In this document: piece by piece, positions 48,945-58,241 of the stretch
Position numbering within the stretch: position 1 is the first letter of the stretch
Layout of the letters: every line of letters begins with the position of its first letter
Assembly (NCBI GenBank): GCA_048940925.1
Contig: JBHLOC010000003.1
Coordinates: forward strand, 32,001-96,000
Direction: 5' to 3'
Source: Promethearchaeota archaeon
GTDB taxonomy: Archaea; Asgardarchaeota; Lokiarchaeia; Sigyniarchaeales; SOKP01
Length of the DNA stretch: 64,000 nt
The notes under the pieces: model-generated
Databases searched by the model: none
The model's input: the letters and a program-made list of their open reading frames with translations, nothing else
What the model was told of the DNA's origin: nothing
Translations under genes and position numbers: made by a program

Positions 48945-49112
48945 AATTACAAATCATTGATATGTTTCTTAAATTAATATTAATGTATAATTCTCTCTAT
49001 CTCTTTTAATGGGCACAATTTATTAGCAAAAATAAAAATTGAAAAAACCCAATCGAGAGTAAAAATTTAAGAAGGAGATAAATTATTCCTATCTTAAATA
49101 AAATAGAATGTA

Positions 49113-50153
49113 ATGCATGAATTCAAAATTAATAAGTATATAACACTATCTCTTAAAGATAGAAAGACTGTCATTTATGTGAATAATGAAGAATTTATGC
49201 AATGTAAGTCGATCTTATTAAACATTCCAATTGATAAGAACTATAACTATGATTATATTGCCTCAATTGACGATGCTACAGAAGTCTTTGAATGGTCAGA
49301 AAAAGAACAAAAGGTATTTGAATATAAAATTCCACCAGAAGTGGAATTTTGGGGACATTGTTCAAACCTACAAGCATGGGTGGAACATGAATATGATACA
49401 AGGTTATTACACAGCAACTTAACGTTTCCCCTCCTAAAAAAATTAACAGATGTAGGAGATCCTGATGCTGAGAAAATCTTTAAGCTTGAAATCCTAAGGA
49501 GATTTGTTGAAAGTAACGAAATCACTAGAGAATACTTAATTGAGAATAGATATATTGATTATTTAACAGAAGAAGATACCAGAAGCGTTCTACCTGTCGA
49601 GGAAATATTGCTACTTGAAAAATTAGAAGACATCCTACAAGTGAAGTTTACATTAGCAAAAAATTTAGAAATGATCACTGGGATTAATAGATTTTCGCAT
49701 AATAACTGTTATTATATTGAAAACTATAATATCATAGGATTAAAACTATATAGACCAAAAATAAAGGAATTTCCAGAAGAAATTATAAAATTCAAAAAAC
49801 TTAAATTTCTCGACCTATCTTATAATAACACCACTCACTTACCGAAATTCTTATACAAATTAAAATATCTAAAATATCTAAATTTAGAATGTAACAATAT
49901 AGAAAGAATACCAGATTCATTTAAGAATTTTAATAAATTAGAAGAAGTTAACTTACTTTTTAATAAGTTAAAAGAAATGCCTCTCCCTATGAAAGACCTA
50001 TACTCACTGAAAAAATTATATTTAGCAAAGAACCCAATAAAATCATTTCCAAAAAAATTTGGAAATTTGAAAAAAGAAGATAAAGAAGGCTATTATTTTA
50101 TAAGCAAGTATTGCTTGATAAGGATGGGAAGAAATCAAAATTGCGTAAGGTAA
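49113..50153 (+). CDS. Lokiarchaeal-type LRR protein
   Basis: N-terminal EFKINKYITL...EFWGHCSNLQAW...LLHSNL.FPLLKKL domain plus about 4 C-terminal LRRs. Confidence 0.85.
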   Translation: MHEFKINKYITLSLKDRKTVIYVNNEEFMQCKSILLNIPIDKNYNYDYIASIDDATEVFEWSEKEQKVFEYKIPPEVEFWGHCSNLQAWVEHEYDTRLLHSNLTFPLLKKLTDVGDPDAEKIFKLEILRRFVESNEITREYLIENRYIDYLTEEDTRSVLPVEEILLLEKLEDILQVKFTLAKNLEMITGINRFSHNNCYYIENYNIIGLKLYRPKIKEFPEEIIKFKKLKFLDLSYNNTTHLPKFLYKLKYLKYLNLECNNIERIPDSFKNFNKLEEVNLLFNKLKEMPLPMKDLYSLKKLYLAKNPIKSFPKKFGNLKKEDKEGYYFISKYCLIRMGRNQNCVR

Positions 50154-50209
50154 TTACAATTACAGATTGACCACAGGTGAGTATTAGAGCTTAAAAATAT
50201 TGATAAGCG

Positions 50210-50281
50210 CTTTATTTGGCAAAGCGGTATAGCAGCAAACTTGTATTCTGCAGGTCGCGGGTTCAAATCCCTTCGGGGGCT
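50210..50281 (+). pseudogene. Degenerate tRNA (UGU anticodon) lacking a pairing 5' acceptor strand
   Basis: AGCGGTATAGCA-GCAAA-CTTGTAT-TCTGC-AGGTC-GCGGG-TTCAAAT-CCCTT-CGGGGGCT. Confidence 0.72.
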
Positions 50282-50343
50282 TATTCTTTTCATTCTTATT
50301 CTCTTCTGTTATTCTTTATAAATTCAAAAGTATAATAAATTAT

Positions 50344-51672
50344 ATGTCTAATCAAGATGAATTAGAATTTAAGAAATCATATCCATATATCTTCTCTTTT
50401 TTTTATTTAGCTCAAGGATTATATAATGGGATACAATATATTGTAATTCCGTTTTGGTTAATAAGTATGATGACAATCGATTTAGCAGTGATTCTAGGTA
50501 TATTTTCAATTACTGTTATTCCTTGGGCGTTAAAATTTTTAATTGGGTTATTCAATGATAAATTTGGTTCAGAAAAGTATGGAAGGAGAAAATTATGGAT
50601 TTTAATTTTTGGTGTATATGCTGGGATTTGGTTTATGATAACAGGTTTTACAATAAATTTGCAATCAAGTAACACGATTCTTGATTATATTTTACTCTGT
50701 GCTCTTATGTGGAATATTGGCATCGCTGTTTCTGACACTTCTTTAGATGGACTAATATTAGATGTCACACCAAAAGAAAAACTAGGAAAAGTTCAAGGAT
50801 ACACTTGGGCAATGAATCTATTTGGAAACGCTGGTGGAGGTATTATTTTAGGAGCATTATTTCTAGCTTTTAATGCAATACCTTTATTGTTTGTCTTTGA
50901 AGGTTTTCTATTAATAATCTCAAGTTTTTTCCCCTTTTTTGTTAAAGAAAAACCACTTCCAGAAGAAATTCATGTTTGGAAAAATGTAAAAACAATTATT
51001 ACTAAGGGAAAAAACTGGAAAGCCTTCACATTTTCATTTTTAGATTCCATTCCCTATGGAATTGTGACAATAACTTATACAATCTTAATTTTGCTTTATG
51101 CCCCAAATTCTCCTATTTCAGGTCCAATAACTTCTTTATCTTTGAAAGGTTTGGCATTAGAAGCCTTTTTAATTTATGTGCTTCTCGGTGCAATTAATGG
51201 TGCTGGTGTAATATTAGGAAGTATAATAACTGGAAGATTTGCAGACAAGAATCGTAGATTTGCGGTATATATAGCAAATATTATGTATATACCCTTTTTA
51301 ATTTTATGCGTTTTATTCCGTGGACCATATATTCTTGGTGGTATAATGATCTTTTTATTAGGCGTTGGTCAGGGCGCTCTTACAGCATCTTATCAATCTA
51401 TTCGGGGAGATCTTTCAAAACAGTATCCAGAATTAAACAGTACTTATTTTGCAATAGTTATTTCTTGCCTAAATCTTGGTCAATCTGTAGGAATGGCAAT
51501 TACCAGTGGACTAATAACGATTTTTTCTTCATTATTTAATGAATATTATGAGACATTTTTCTTTATAATGTTAATTATGGCTGGATTTCAATTTCTCAGT
51601 TTTTTAATATTCTATACTATTAATCGAAAAGAATATGAGCATAAAGATATAATACTGAAAAATAATGATTAA
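50344..51672 (+). CDS. MFS transporter (AmpG/acetyl-CoA-transporter-like)
   Basis: YLAQGL, IPWALKF...D...YGRRK.W, SDTSLDG. Confidence 0.88.
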   Translation: MSNQDELEFKKSYPYIFSFFYLAQGLYNGIQYIVIPFWLISMMTIDLAVILGIFSITVIPWALKFLIGLFNDKFGSEKYGRRKLWILIFGVYAGIWFMITGFTINLQSSNTILDYILLCALMWNIGIAVSDTSLDGLILDVTPKEKLGKVQGYTWAMNLFGNAGGGIILGALFLAFNAIPLLFVFEGFLLIISSFFPFFVKEKPLPEEIHVWKNVKTIITKGKNWKAFTFSFLDSIPYGIVTITYTILILLYAPNSPISGPITSLSLKGLALEAFLIYVLLGAINGAGVILGSIITGRFADKNRRFAVYIANIMYIPFLILCVLFRGPYILGGIMIFLLGVGQGALTASYQSIRGDLSKQYPELNSTYFAIVISCLNLGQSVGMAITSGLITIFSSLFNEYYETFFFIMLIMAGFQFLSFLIFYTINRKEYEHKDIILKNND

Positions 51673-51715
51673 AGTTACTTTTTATTTTTTCTATAATTCA
51701 ATAATTTGAGGCTAA

Positions 51716-53290
51716 ATGAATAAAGTAAACAGAGTAATTTTTTGCATCATTGATGACGTCAGAGCAGAATTCTTTTTTAATTTAATGCGTAAAGGATTCC
51801 TCCCTAACATGAAGAAATTAATGAAGCAGGGGATTTATTCAGAGAATTGTATAACAGATTTTCCTCCCATTACGTATCCTACCCAAGTATCTCTTTTAAC
51901 AGGAACTTACACGGGAAATTATAAACAAGAATTATGTCATGGCATTCCCTTAATGAATTGGATGGATCGTGATTATTCTCCCCCAATTCTGAGAAGTTAT
52001 GCTGCTATAGATATGCAAATCTATAAGCTTAATAGCGAAATTGAGAATAATTGTAAAACTATTCTTGAAATGATAGATGAAGGTAATACTGTAAGTATAA
52101 CACAATTTATCAGCAGAGGATCAAATTATTTTTTTCCTGAAAGAAAAACAACACTTGCTTTGTACTATCTCATTTTGAAGTATTTTCCAAGTGTAAAGAG
52201 AAGGCTTATTAGAGCTAATTCGGGAGTAGTGCAAAAATTAATTGGAGTTTTTGAGAAACCAAAAAGGTTTTTTGAAAACTCAGAACCTCCTATCTGCTCT
52301 TTAATATGGTTTATATCCTCTGATTTATTAATGCATGCCTATGGTTATGATTCAAAAATCTATAAATTAAACATTTTGCATATTGATAAAGTCATTGGAA
52401 TATTAATGGATACTTTAGAAAAAATGGGATATTTAGATGATACTGCAATAGTAATTACTTCAGATCATGGTAATTATAAAGCAAATAAAGTGGGAAATTT
52501 AACAGATTTTTTTACGCAAAATAAGCTTACTCATTATCATCCTCGCAAAAATTTAAAGGGAAATATGAACATTTCTGAATATGCGGGTGTAGGATTTTTC
52601 AATTTCAAAGGTCTAACTGATCCAGAAGATATTTATAAATGGGCACGTCCTTCTCTTAAGGAGCTTGAAAATTATGGTCCAAGAAGAATAAATTTGTTAG
52701 AAAAATTATTTAAAATAGAAGGAAGTCTTATGATGTATTATAGAGATGATGAGAATACACATAAGAAGGGAGTTATTTATTTAAAGAAAAAATGCAATCA
52801 AAATGGTAAAACTTTATCTGGAACAATTGAATATCAAGGACGAGGTAATGAATATAAAACTTGTTATATATCTGATGATAGTGATAACGATATTTTTGGC
52901 TATTTAAATGATGATAAAGCAAGAGGATTAATGGATAAAAGATTTCATTCTATAAATGAATGGTTGGAAGCAACTTATCATCTTAATTTCCCTATATTTC
53001 CTGATTTAATTCCTCGCCATTTTAAAAATCCCAGAAGCTGCGATATAATATTGAGTAATGATGGCACTGTTGTTTTTAACATCCATCATGGAAAACAAAA
53101 AAATAAGAATTTATATGACCATGATCTTGGGCTAAGAAAATGTATGGTTGTTCCCCTAATAATTGGAGGCTCATTGGAAATTCCCTCCAAACTTATTCCA
53201 TTTTGTAAAATTACAGATATAGTTCCAACGTTGTTGAAACTTTTAGGAAAAACACCACATAAAAGTGTTATGGGAGAAAGCCTAATATGA
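51716..53290 (+). CDS. Alkaline-phosphatase superfamily / nucleotide pyrophosphatase-phosphodiesterase
   Basis: IIDDVR, FPPITYP..SLLTG, D...H.YG, TSDHG, YDHD. Confidence 0.85.
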   Translation: MNKVNRVIFCIIDDVRAEFFFNLMRKGFLPNMKKLMKQGIYSENCITDFPPITYPTQVSLLTGTYTGNYKQELCHGIPLMNWMDRDYSPPILRSYAAIDMQIYKLNSEIENNCKTILEMIDEGNTVSITQFISRGSNYFFPERKTTLALYYLILKYFPSVKRRLIRANSGVVQKLIGVFEKPKRFFENSEPPICSLIWFISSDLLMHAYGYDSKIYKLNILHIDKVIGILMDTLEKMGYLDDTAIVITSDHGNYKANKVGNLTDFFTQNKLTHYHPRKNLKGNMNISEYAGVGFFNFKGLTDPEDIYKWARPSLKELENYGPRRINLLEKLFKIEGSLMMYYRDDENTHKKGVIYLKKKCNQNGKTLSGTIEYQGRGNEYKTCYISDDSDNDIFGYLNDDKARGLMDKRFHSINEWLEATYHLNFPIFPDLIPRHFKNPRSCDIILSNDGTVVFNIHHGKQKNKNLYDHDLGLRKCMVVPLIIGGSLEIPSKLIPFCKITDIVPTLLKLLGKTPHKSVMGESLI

Positions 53291-53336
53291 ATTTGTAGAA
53301 ATTCGATTTTTTTAAATATTTAAAATCTAATTTAAG

Positions 53337-53864
53337 TTAATTTTTACTTTTATATAAGTTAATTGAATAATTCACTATCTCTTTTGCACCTTCAGCATTT
53401 TTCCATTCTTTAAATTTAACCCATTTATGTGGCTCTAGTCTTTTATAAGTTTCATAAAACTCCTGAATTTCGATTAGTTTGTGTTTATGTACATCTTGAA
53501 TATCATTATATCCACTAAATCTTGCATCATTGATTAAAACGGAGAGTATTTTTGGGTCATCTCCATGCTCATCTTCAATAATCAACGCTCCAATAACTCG
53601 AACCTTTACAATACATCCCACTTCTAGTGGTTCATAACTTAATACCATTATATCAAGAGGATCGTTATCATCGGAGAGAGTCATAGGTACGAAACCATAT
53701 TCTACAGGAAAGATCACAGAGGAGGGTATAATTCGATCCAATACAAAGGCTTCCCATTCTTGTTTGTACTCATATTTATCTCTTGATCCCGTAATCACTT
53801 CAATTACTGCATTTAAAATGAGTGGAGGGCTGTCTCCAGGCGGAATATTGCTCCATAAATTCAT
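53337..53864 (-). CDS. ppa: Family I inorganic pyrophosphatase
   Basis: KYEY, LDR, YGFVP.TLSDDNDPLDIMV, D.K, YKRLE. Confidence 0.95.
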   Translation of the reverse strand: MNLWSNIPPGDSPPLILNAVIEVITGSRDKYEYKQEWEAFVLDRIIPSSVIFPVEYGFVPMTLSDDNDPLDIMVLSYEPLEVGCIVKVRVIGALIIEDEHGDDPKILSVLINDARFSGYNDIQDVHKHKLIEIQEFYETYKRLEPHKWVKFKEWKNAEGAKEIVNYSINLYKSKN

Positions 53865-53981
53865 AATAATCTAAATTTTATAATTTTTTTATTTTATTTC
53901 TTTATAAGTTAAATATAAAAAAGAAATTTTGTTTGGACACTAACAATCTCAAGTTTTTAATGATTCTTCTAACAATCAATC

Positions 53982-54006
53982 TATATAGAATATATAGGAT
54001 ATATAG
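53982..54006. promoter_or_regulatory. Three TATATAG direct repeats at 9-bp period in the ppa/ABC divergent promoter
   Basis: tatatagaa-tatatagga-tatatag. Confidence 0.45.
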
Positions 54007-54124
54007 ATGGATTATTCAAGATTTATTTAATACATATAATAAATATATCACTATATAATATTACTAATTGAATTAAAATAAGAAATAAAAGAAGTAGGTA
54101 TAGACAAAAGAGTTAACAGGTCTT

Positions 54125-54223
54125 ATGAAGAGGCAACTTTTATTCTCACTAGTTTTAATAATTGGAATTGCTTTTGGTATAATCTTTGCTGTTATAGATA
54201 ATTATATCAGAGCTTTTGTATAG
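54125..54223 (+). CDS. Unannotated 32-aa single-TM protein
   Basis: MKRQLLFSLVLIIGIAFGIIFAVIDNYIRAFV*, ends 28 bp before the SBP gene. Confidence 0.55.
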   Translation: MKRQLLFSLVLIIGIAFGIIFAVIDNYIRAFV

Positions 54224-54251
54224 AGAAAAATTAAAAAATAACCTATAAATT

Positions 54252-55376
54252 ATGAAGCCCTCTCGTAAAGCGAAGAAACGTGGAAAAAGTGCCATTATAA
54301 TTGTTTTTTTAATTGGATTCATAGTAGGTTTGCTCTCTACTAATTTCGTTCTTGAAAGTAGAAAAAAAAAAATCACTATTACAATTATCTATAGCTCTGA
54401 AAAAGCAAGCTGGATGACTATAGCATATTCAGATTTTATGTCTGAGTGGCAAAAAACACACCCTGATGAAAAAATAACCATTGATATGCATCCATATGGT
54501 TCTTCAGACTCAATAATCAGTATCTTAAATAATGAAATTTATCCAACAATTTGGAGCCCTGCAAGTTCTATTTGGTTGCCAATCTTAAATACTAAATGGA
54601 GAGATTTAACAAAAATAGAAGAACCAATTGTAAATATTAGTGAAGCTATAAAAATAATTTATTCACCAGTTGTAATTGCTACATGGCAATCTTTTAATCA
54701 ATCCTATAATATCAGAGGATTTTCTGACATTTATAATTTGAGTGTAAATCCAAATGTAGATGTTAAAATGGCTCATACAGATCCTAGATTGTCAAATTCT
54801 GGTTTTATGAGTGTTATAATGGCATTATCTGCAGCATCAGGGGTTTCTTCAGTAAATTTATCTATAGCAGAGCTCACCAACACAACTAATCAAAAATGGT
54901 TTAAAAAATTTGAATCAAGCGCAGTATTATATGGAAAATCTACTGGATTTTTAGCCCGTTATATGCAAAGTGAAGGACCCCGTGCCTTAAATATAGTGTT
55001 CTTATATGAAAATTTAATAAGGGATATTTCAAGCACATCAACAGGGGGAAAAGTTATTGCTATTTATCCTAAAGAGGGAACATTACTTAGTGATCATCCT
55101 TTTTGTATATTAAATGCTGAATGGGTAACTCCTGAACGAAGAGCCGTAGCTGAGGCTTTTCTTAATTTCCTTAATGAAAGTGATACAGTTAAATCTGCTA
55201 TTGAATATGGTTTTAGACCCATCAATCCTTCAATCCCTTTAGATCCGAATGTATTCAATTATGAAACTAATGGAATTGCTCTTGAATTTAATGTACCTAT
55301 ATTAGAGCCACCAAATGAGGGAAATGTTTTATTAAAAATCCCTGATTTTTGGCTACTTACTAAAGCAACAGGATAA
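54252..55376 (+). CDS. ABC substrate-binding protein (type usually found fused to vWA domains), N-terminal TM anchor
   Basis: YSSEK..W, GS, WSPASS, SPVVIA, HTDP..SNSG, YEN, YPKEGT..SDHP. Confidence 0.8.
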   Translation: MKPSRKAKKRGKSAIIIVFLIGFIVGLLSTNFVLESRKKKITITIIYSSEKASWMTIAYSDFMSEWQKTHPDEKITIDMHPYGSSDSIISILNNEIYPTIWSPASSIWLPILNTKWRDLTKIEEPIVNISEAIKIIYSPVVIATWQSFNQSYNIRGFSDIYNLSVNPNVDVKMAHTDPRLSNSGFMSVIMALSAASGVSSVNLSIAELTNTTNQKWFKKFESSAVLYGKSTGFLARYMQSEGPRALNIVFLYENLIRDISSTSTGGKVIAIYPKEGTLLSDHPFCILNAEWVTPERRAVAEAFLNFLNESDTVKSAIEYGFRPINPSIPLDPNVFNYETNGIALEFNVPILEPPNEGNVLLKIPDFWLLTKATG

Positions 55377-55427
55377 TATTTAATTATTATTAAATGAAAG
55401 AAAGATTCTACTAAAAAACATCAGAGT

Positions 55428-57074
55428 ATGAGGAAAAATAAAAGCATAGATGATAGTAAATTAATACTTAGTCTAAAAATAGATAGATTTTTTTCCAAAC
55501 CAGTATATAGAAAGAGTTTAGATGTTATCACTATAGGCTTTTTTATTTTAGTAATTATTGGTCCAATAATTAACATATTTTCTACAATTCTTTTGAATAT
55601 TCCCGCAATAAACCATGATGTGTTTAATGACGAATTATTGGGCAATTTACAGTGGTTTAATATCTTAAAATCCCTTGGATATTCTTTCACAATTGCTTCT
55701 ATTGCTGTCGGAGTAGATATTATAATAGGTTTTCCTATCTCAATTATTTTAACGCGATACAATTTTAGAGGTAAAAAATTTCTTGATGCATTAGTGGATT
55801 TACCTATGGCTGTGCCTACAAGTGCGTTAGGATTTTCTGTATTGTTATTTTGGGCAGTATTTGGAATTGAACCAGGATTTACTTTAATACTTCTTGGTCA
55901 TATCGTATTCACATTTCCATATATAGTACGAAATATTAAAATTGTGCTAGAAAAGACATCTACATTATATGAAGATGCGGCTCTTACTCTTGGTGCTCCA
56001 GGATTCACTGTATTTCGAACTATTACTTTACCTTTAATGAAAGAGGGGTTAATAGCTGGAGCTATACTTTCCTTTACAAGAAGTCTAGGTGAGACAGGTG
56101 CGACACTTATACTTTCAGGTTTGATAGAAACAGCTCCAATTTTGATAGTGGGATTTAGAAGACAATTAGAACTCCCCTCTGCTTCATTATTAGCTGGAAT
56201 TTTAATTGCAATATCAATTTTACTCTTATTTTCAGTTAAATTTTTTACTCGAAAAGCTGGATTTCCAATTAAATCTGTCTGGCCAAGGATTGAACGCTTT
56301 TTAAGTCATAAATATTTAAGATATTTAAGAGATATTTTAGCTTTATTAATCCTTTTAGGTCTGATTTTATTTCCTGCCTTTTATATTATAACTCAAATTA
56401 TAGGTGAAGATTGGATATCAGAATTATTTTTAGGGCAAGATTATAAATGGGTATATCTATATATAAGTATTATATATTCAATAGAAATAGGAGCTTTAGC
56501 TGTTTTAATTAACCTTATATTTGGTATCCCATTTGCTTTCATTATTACAAAAAGAAAGTGGGGTAAAGTTATAACATTTCTTGATACCATTCTTGATATC
56601 CCAATTGCTATTCCCTCAGCAGCTTTAGGATTTGCTACTTTCTTATTTTGGGGTCCCGCAGGATTCGGACTTTTTAAATCTGGTTTTTATATGATTTTAT
56701 TTGTACATATTGCATTTACTTTTCCCTATATGGTTAGACCAATTATTGGGGTATTGGAAGCTTCAGATAAAGGAGTAGAAGAAGCTGCTCGTACTTTAGG
56801 CGCTTCTAATTTAACTGTCTTTAGAAGAATAACCCTTCCAAATATAAAGCAAGGAATCATTGCTGGATGTATCATGGTATTTACACGTTCTTTAGGAGAA
56901 ACAGGGGCTACTATTGTAGTTATGGGCAGTATTAGAACAGTGCCGGTATTAATTGTAGATTGGGTAGAAAGTAATGCGTATGCTTCCGCAATTTTTGCGA
57001 GTGTTGTCGTTATAATTATTAGTGCAATATTGATTTTTGCTTTACGAGCTGTTACAAAAAGGAGGTTAATGTAA
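55428..57074 (+). CDS. ABC importer permease with two fused TMDs (CysT/W-ModB-FbpB-like)
   Basis: Two EAA motifs (EDAALTLGA, EEAARTLGA), LP.AVP, FTRSLGETGAT twice. Confidence 0.9.
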   Translation: MRKNKSIDDSKLILSLKIDRFFSKPVYRKSLDVITIGFFILVIIGPIINIFSTILLNIPAINHDVFNDELLGNLQWFNILKSLGYSFTIASIAVGVDIIIGFPISIILTRYNFRGKKFLDALVDLPMAVPTSALGFSVLLFWAVFGIEPGFTLILLGHIVFTFPYIVRNIKIVLEKTSTLYEDAALTLGAPGFTVFRTITLPLMKEGLIAGAILSFTRSLGETGATLILSGLIETAPILIVGFRRQLELPSASLLAGILIAISILLLFSVKFFTRKAGFPIKSVWPRIERFLSHKYLRYLRDILALLILLGLILFPAFYIITQIIGEDWISELFLGQDYKWVYLYISIIYSIEIGALAVLINLIFGIPFAFIITKRKWGKVITFLDTILDIPIAIPSAALGFATFLFWGPAGFGLFKSGFYMILFVHIAFTFPYMVRPIIGVLEASDKGVEEAARTLGASNLTVFRRITLPNIKQGIIAGCIMVFTRSLGETGATIVVMGSIRTVPVLIVDWVESNAYASAIFASVVVIIISAILIFALRAVTKRRLM

Positions 57075-57076
57075 AA

Positions 57077-58222
57077 GTGCCAACTATAGAATTAATTAAT
57101 GTTACAAAAACATATAATGAGGGGAGAGTTCTTGCCGTTGACAATATTTCCATAAAAATAGAAGATGGTGATTATATCTTTTTAATTGGACCTACCGGAT
57201 GTGGTAAGACAACAACACTCAGAATGATAGCAGGTTTAGAACAACCGACTAAAGGGAAAGTTTTAATAGATGGAAAAAATGTTGAGGGTATTCCTCCAGA
57301 AGATAGAGATATGGGATTTATTTTTCAAAATTTTGAAATATTCAATCATTTAACTATATGGGAAAATGTTACATTTGGCTTAGAAATGCGGGGTTATAAT
57401 GACCAGTATATTATTGATAATGCAGAAAAAGCTTTAGAAATCGTTGGTTTATTACAATATGCTGACGATTACCCAGACATTTTTGGTAACCCAGGGTTAC
57501 AGAAATTAGGAATAGCACGAGCTATTGCAATAGGTGCTAAGATTCTAATAATGGACGAGCCTTTAGGTTCTTTAGATCCAAAAATTTCGAAAGTTTTCCG
57601 TCATGAGCTTCGGAATTTAATTAAAGATTTAGGTCTTACTGCTATACATGTAACACATAACCAAGAAGAGGCAATGGCTATTGCTGATAAAATCATTATC
57701 ATGAGAGCGGGACGAATTCTTCAAATGGGAACTCCTTATGAATTATATGAAAATCCAGATACTATTTTTGTAGCCAACTTTCTAGGAGAGACTAATTTTC
57801 TTCAAGGTTTTGTCTTAAAATTACTAGATAATGAATTAATGGAAATTTGGATACGTTTAGGGGGACCTAAGTTAATTTGTCTTAATTTTAATAAGAAATT
57901 TAATTTGGATGATAATATTGTGATTTCATTTCGTTTTGAAGATGTATATTTATTTTCTAAAGATTATAATTTTGAAAAAAGTCAATATGAATGGACTAAA
58001 ATGCAATTTTTTGAAGCAATTCTAGAAACATCTAGATTTATTGGAGCTACGAAGAGATTTTATTTAATCTTAGATAATGGTGATAAATTTATATCAATTA
58101 AACCAGGAAATTTTGAAGAAAATTTTATTCCAGGAGAGAAATTAATAATTGGGATTCATCAAGATGATATCAATGTATTTAAGGCTCCAGATAACCTTCT
58201 TTATGAATTGTCATTATCATAA
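57077..58222 (+). CDS. ABC ATPase 1 (MalK/PotA-like with TOBE), degenerate signature
   Basis: GPTGCGKT, FQN, MDEP, HVTH; signature reads FGNPGLQK. Confidence 0.9.
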   Translation: MPTIELINVTKTYNEGRVLAVDNISIKIEDGDYIFLIGPTGCGKTTTLRMIAGLEQPTKGKVLIDGKNVEGIPPEDRDMGFIFQNFEIFNHLTIWENVTFGLEMRGYNDQYIIDNAEKALEIVGLLQYADDYPDIFGNPGLQKLGIARAIAIGAKILIMDEPLGSLDPKISKVFRHELRNLIKDLGLTAIHVTHNQEEAMAIADKIIIMRAGRILQMGTPYELYENPDTIFVANFLGETNFLQGFVLKLLDNELMEIWIRLGGPKLICLNFNKKFNLDDNIVISFRFEDVYLFSKDYNFEKSQYEWTKMQFFEAILETSRFIGATKRFYLILDNGDKFISIKPGNFEENFIPGEKLIIGIHQDDINVFKAPDNLLYELSLS

Positions 58223-58241
58223 CAAAAAAAGTATTAATATT

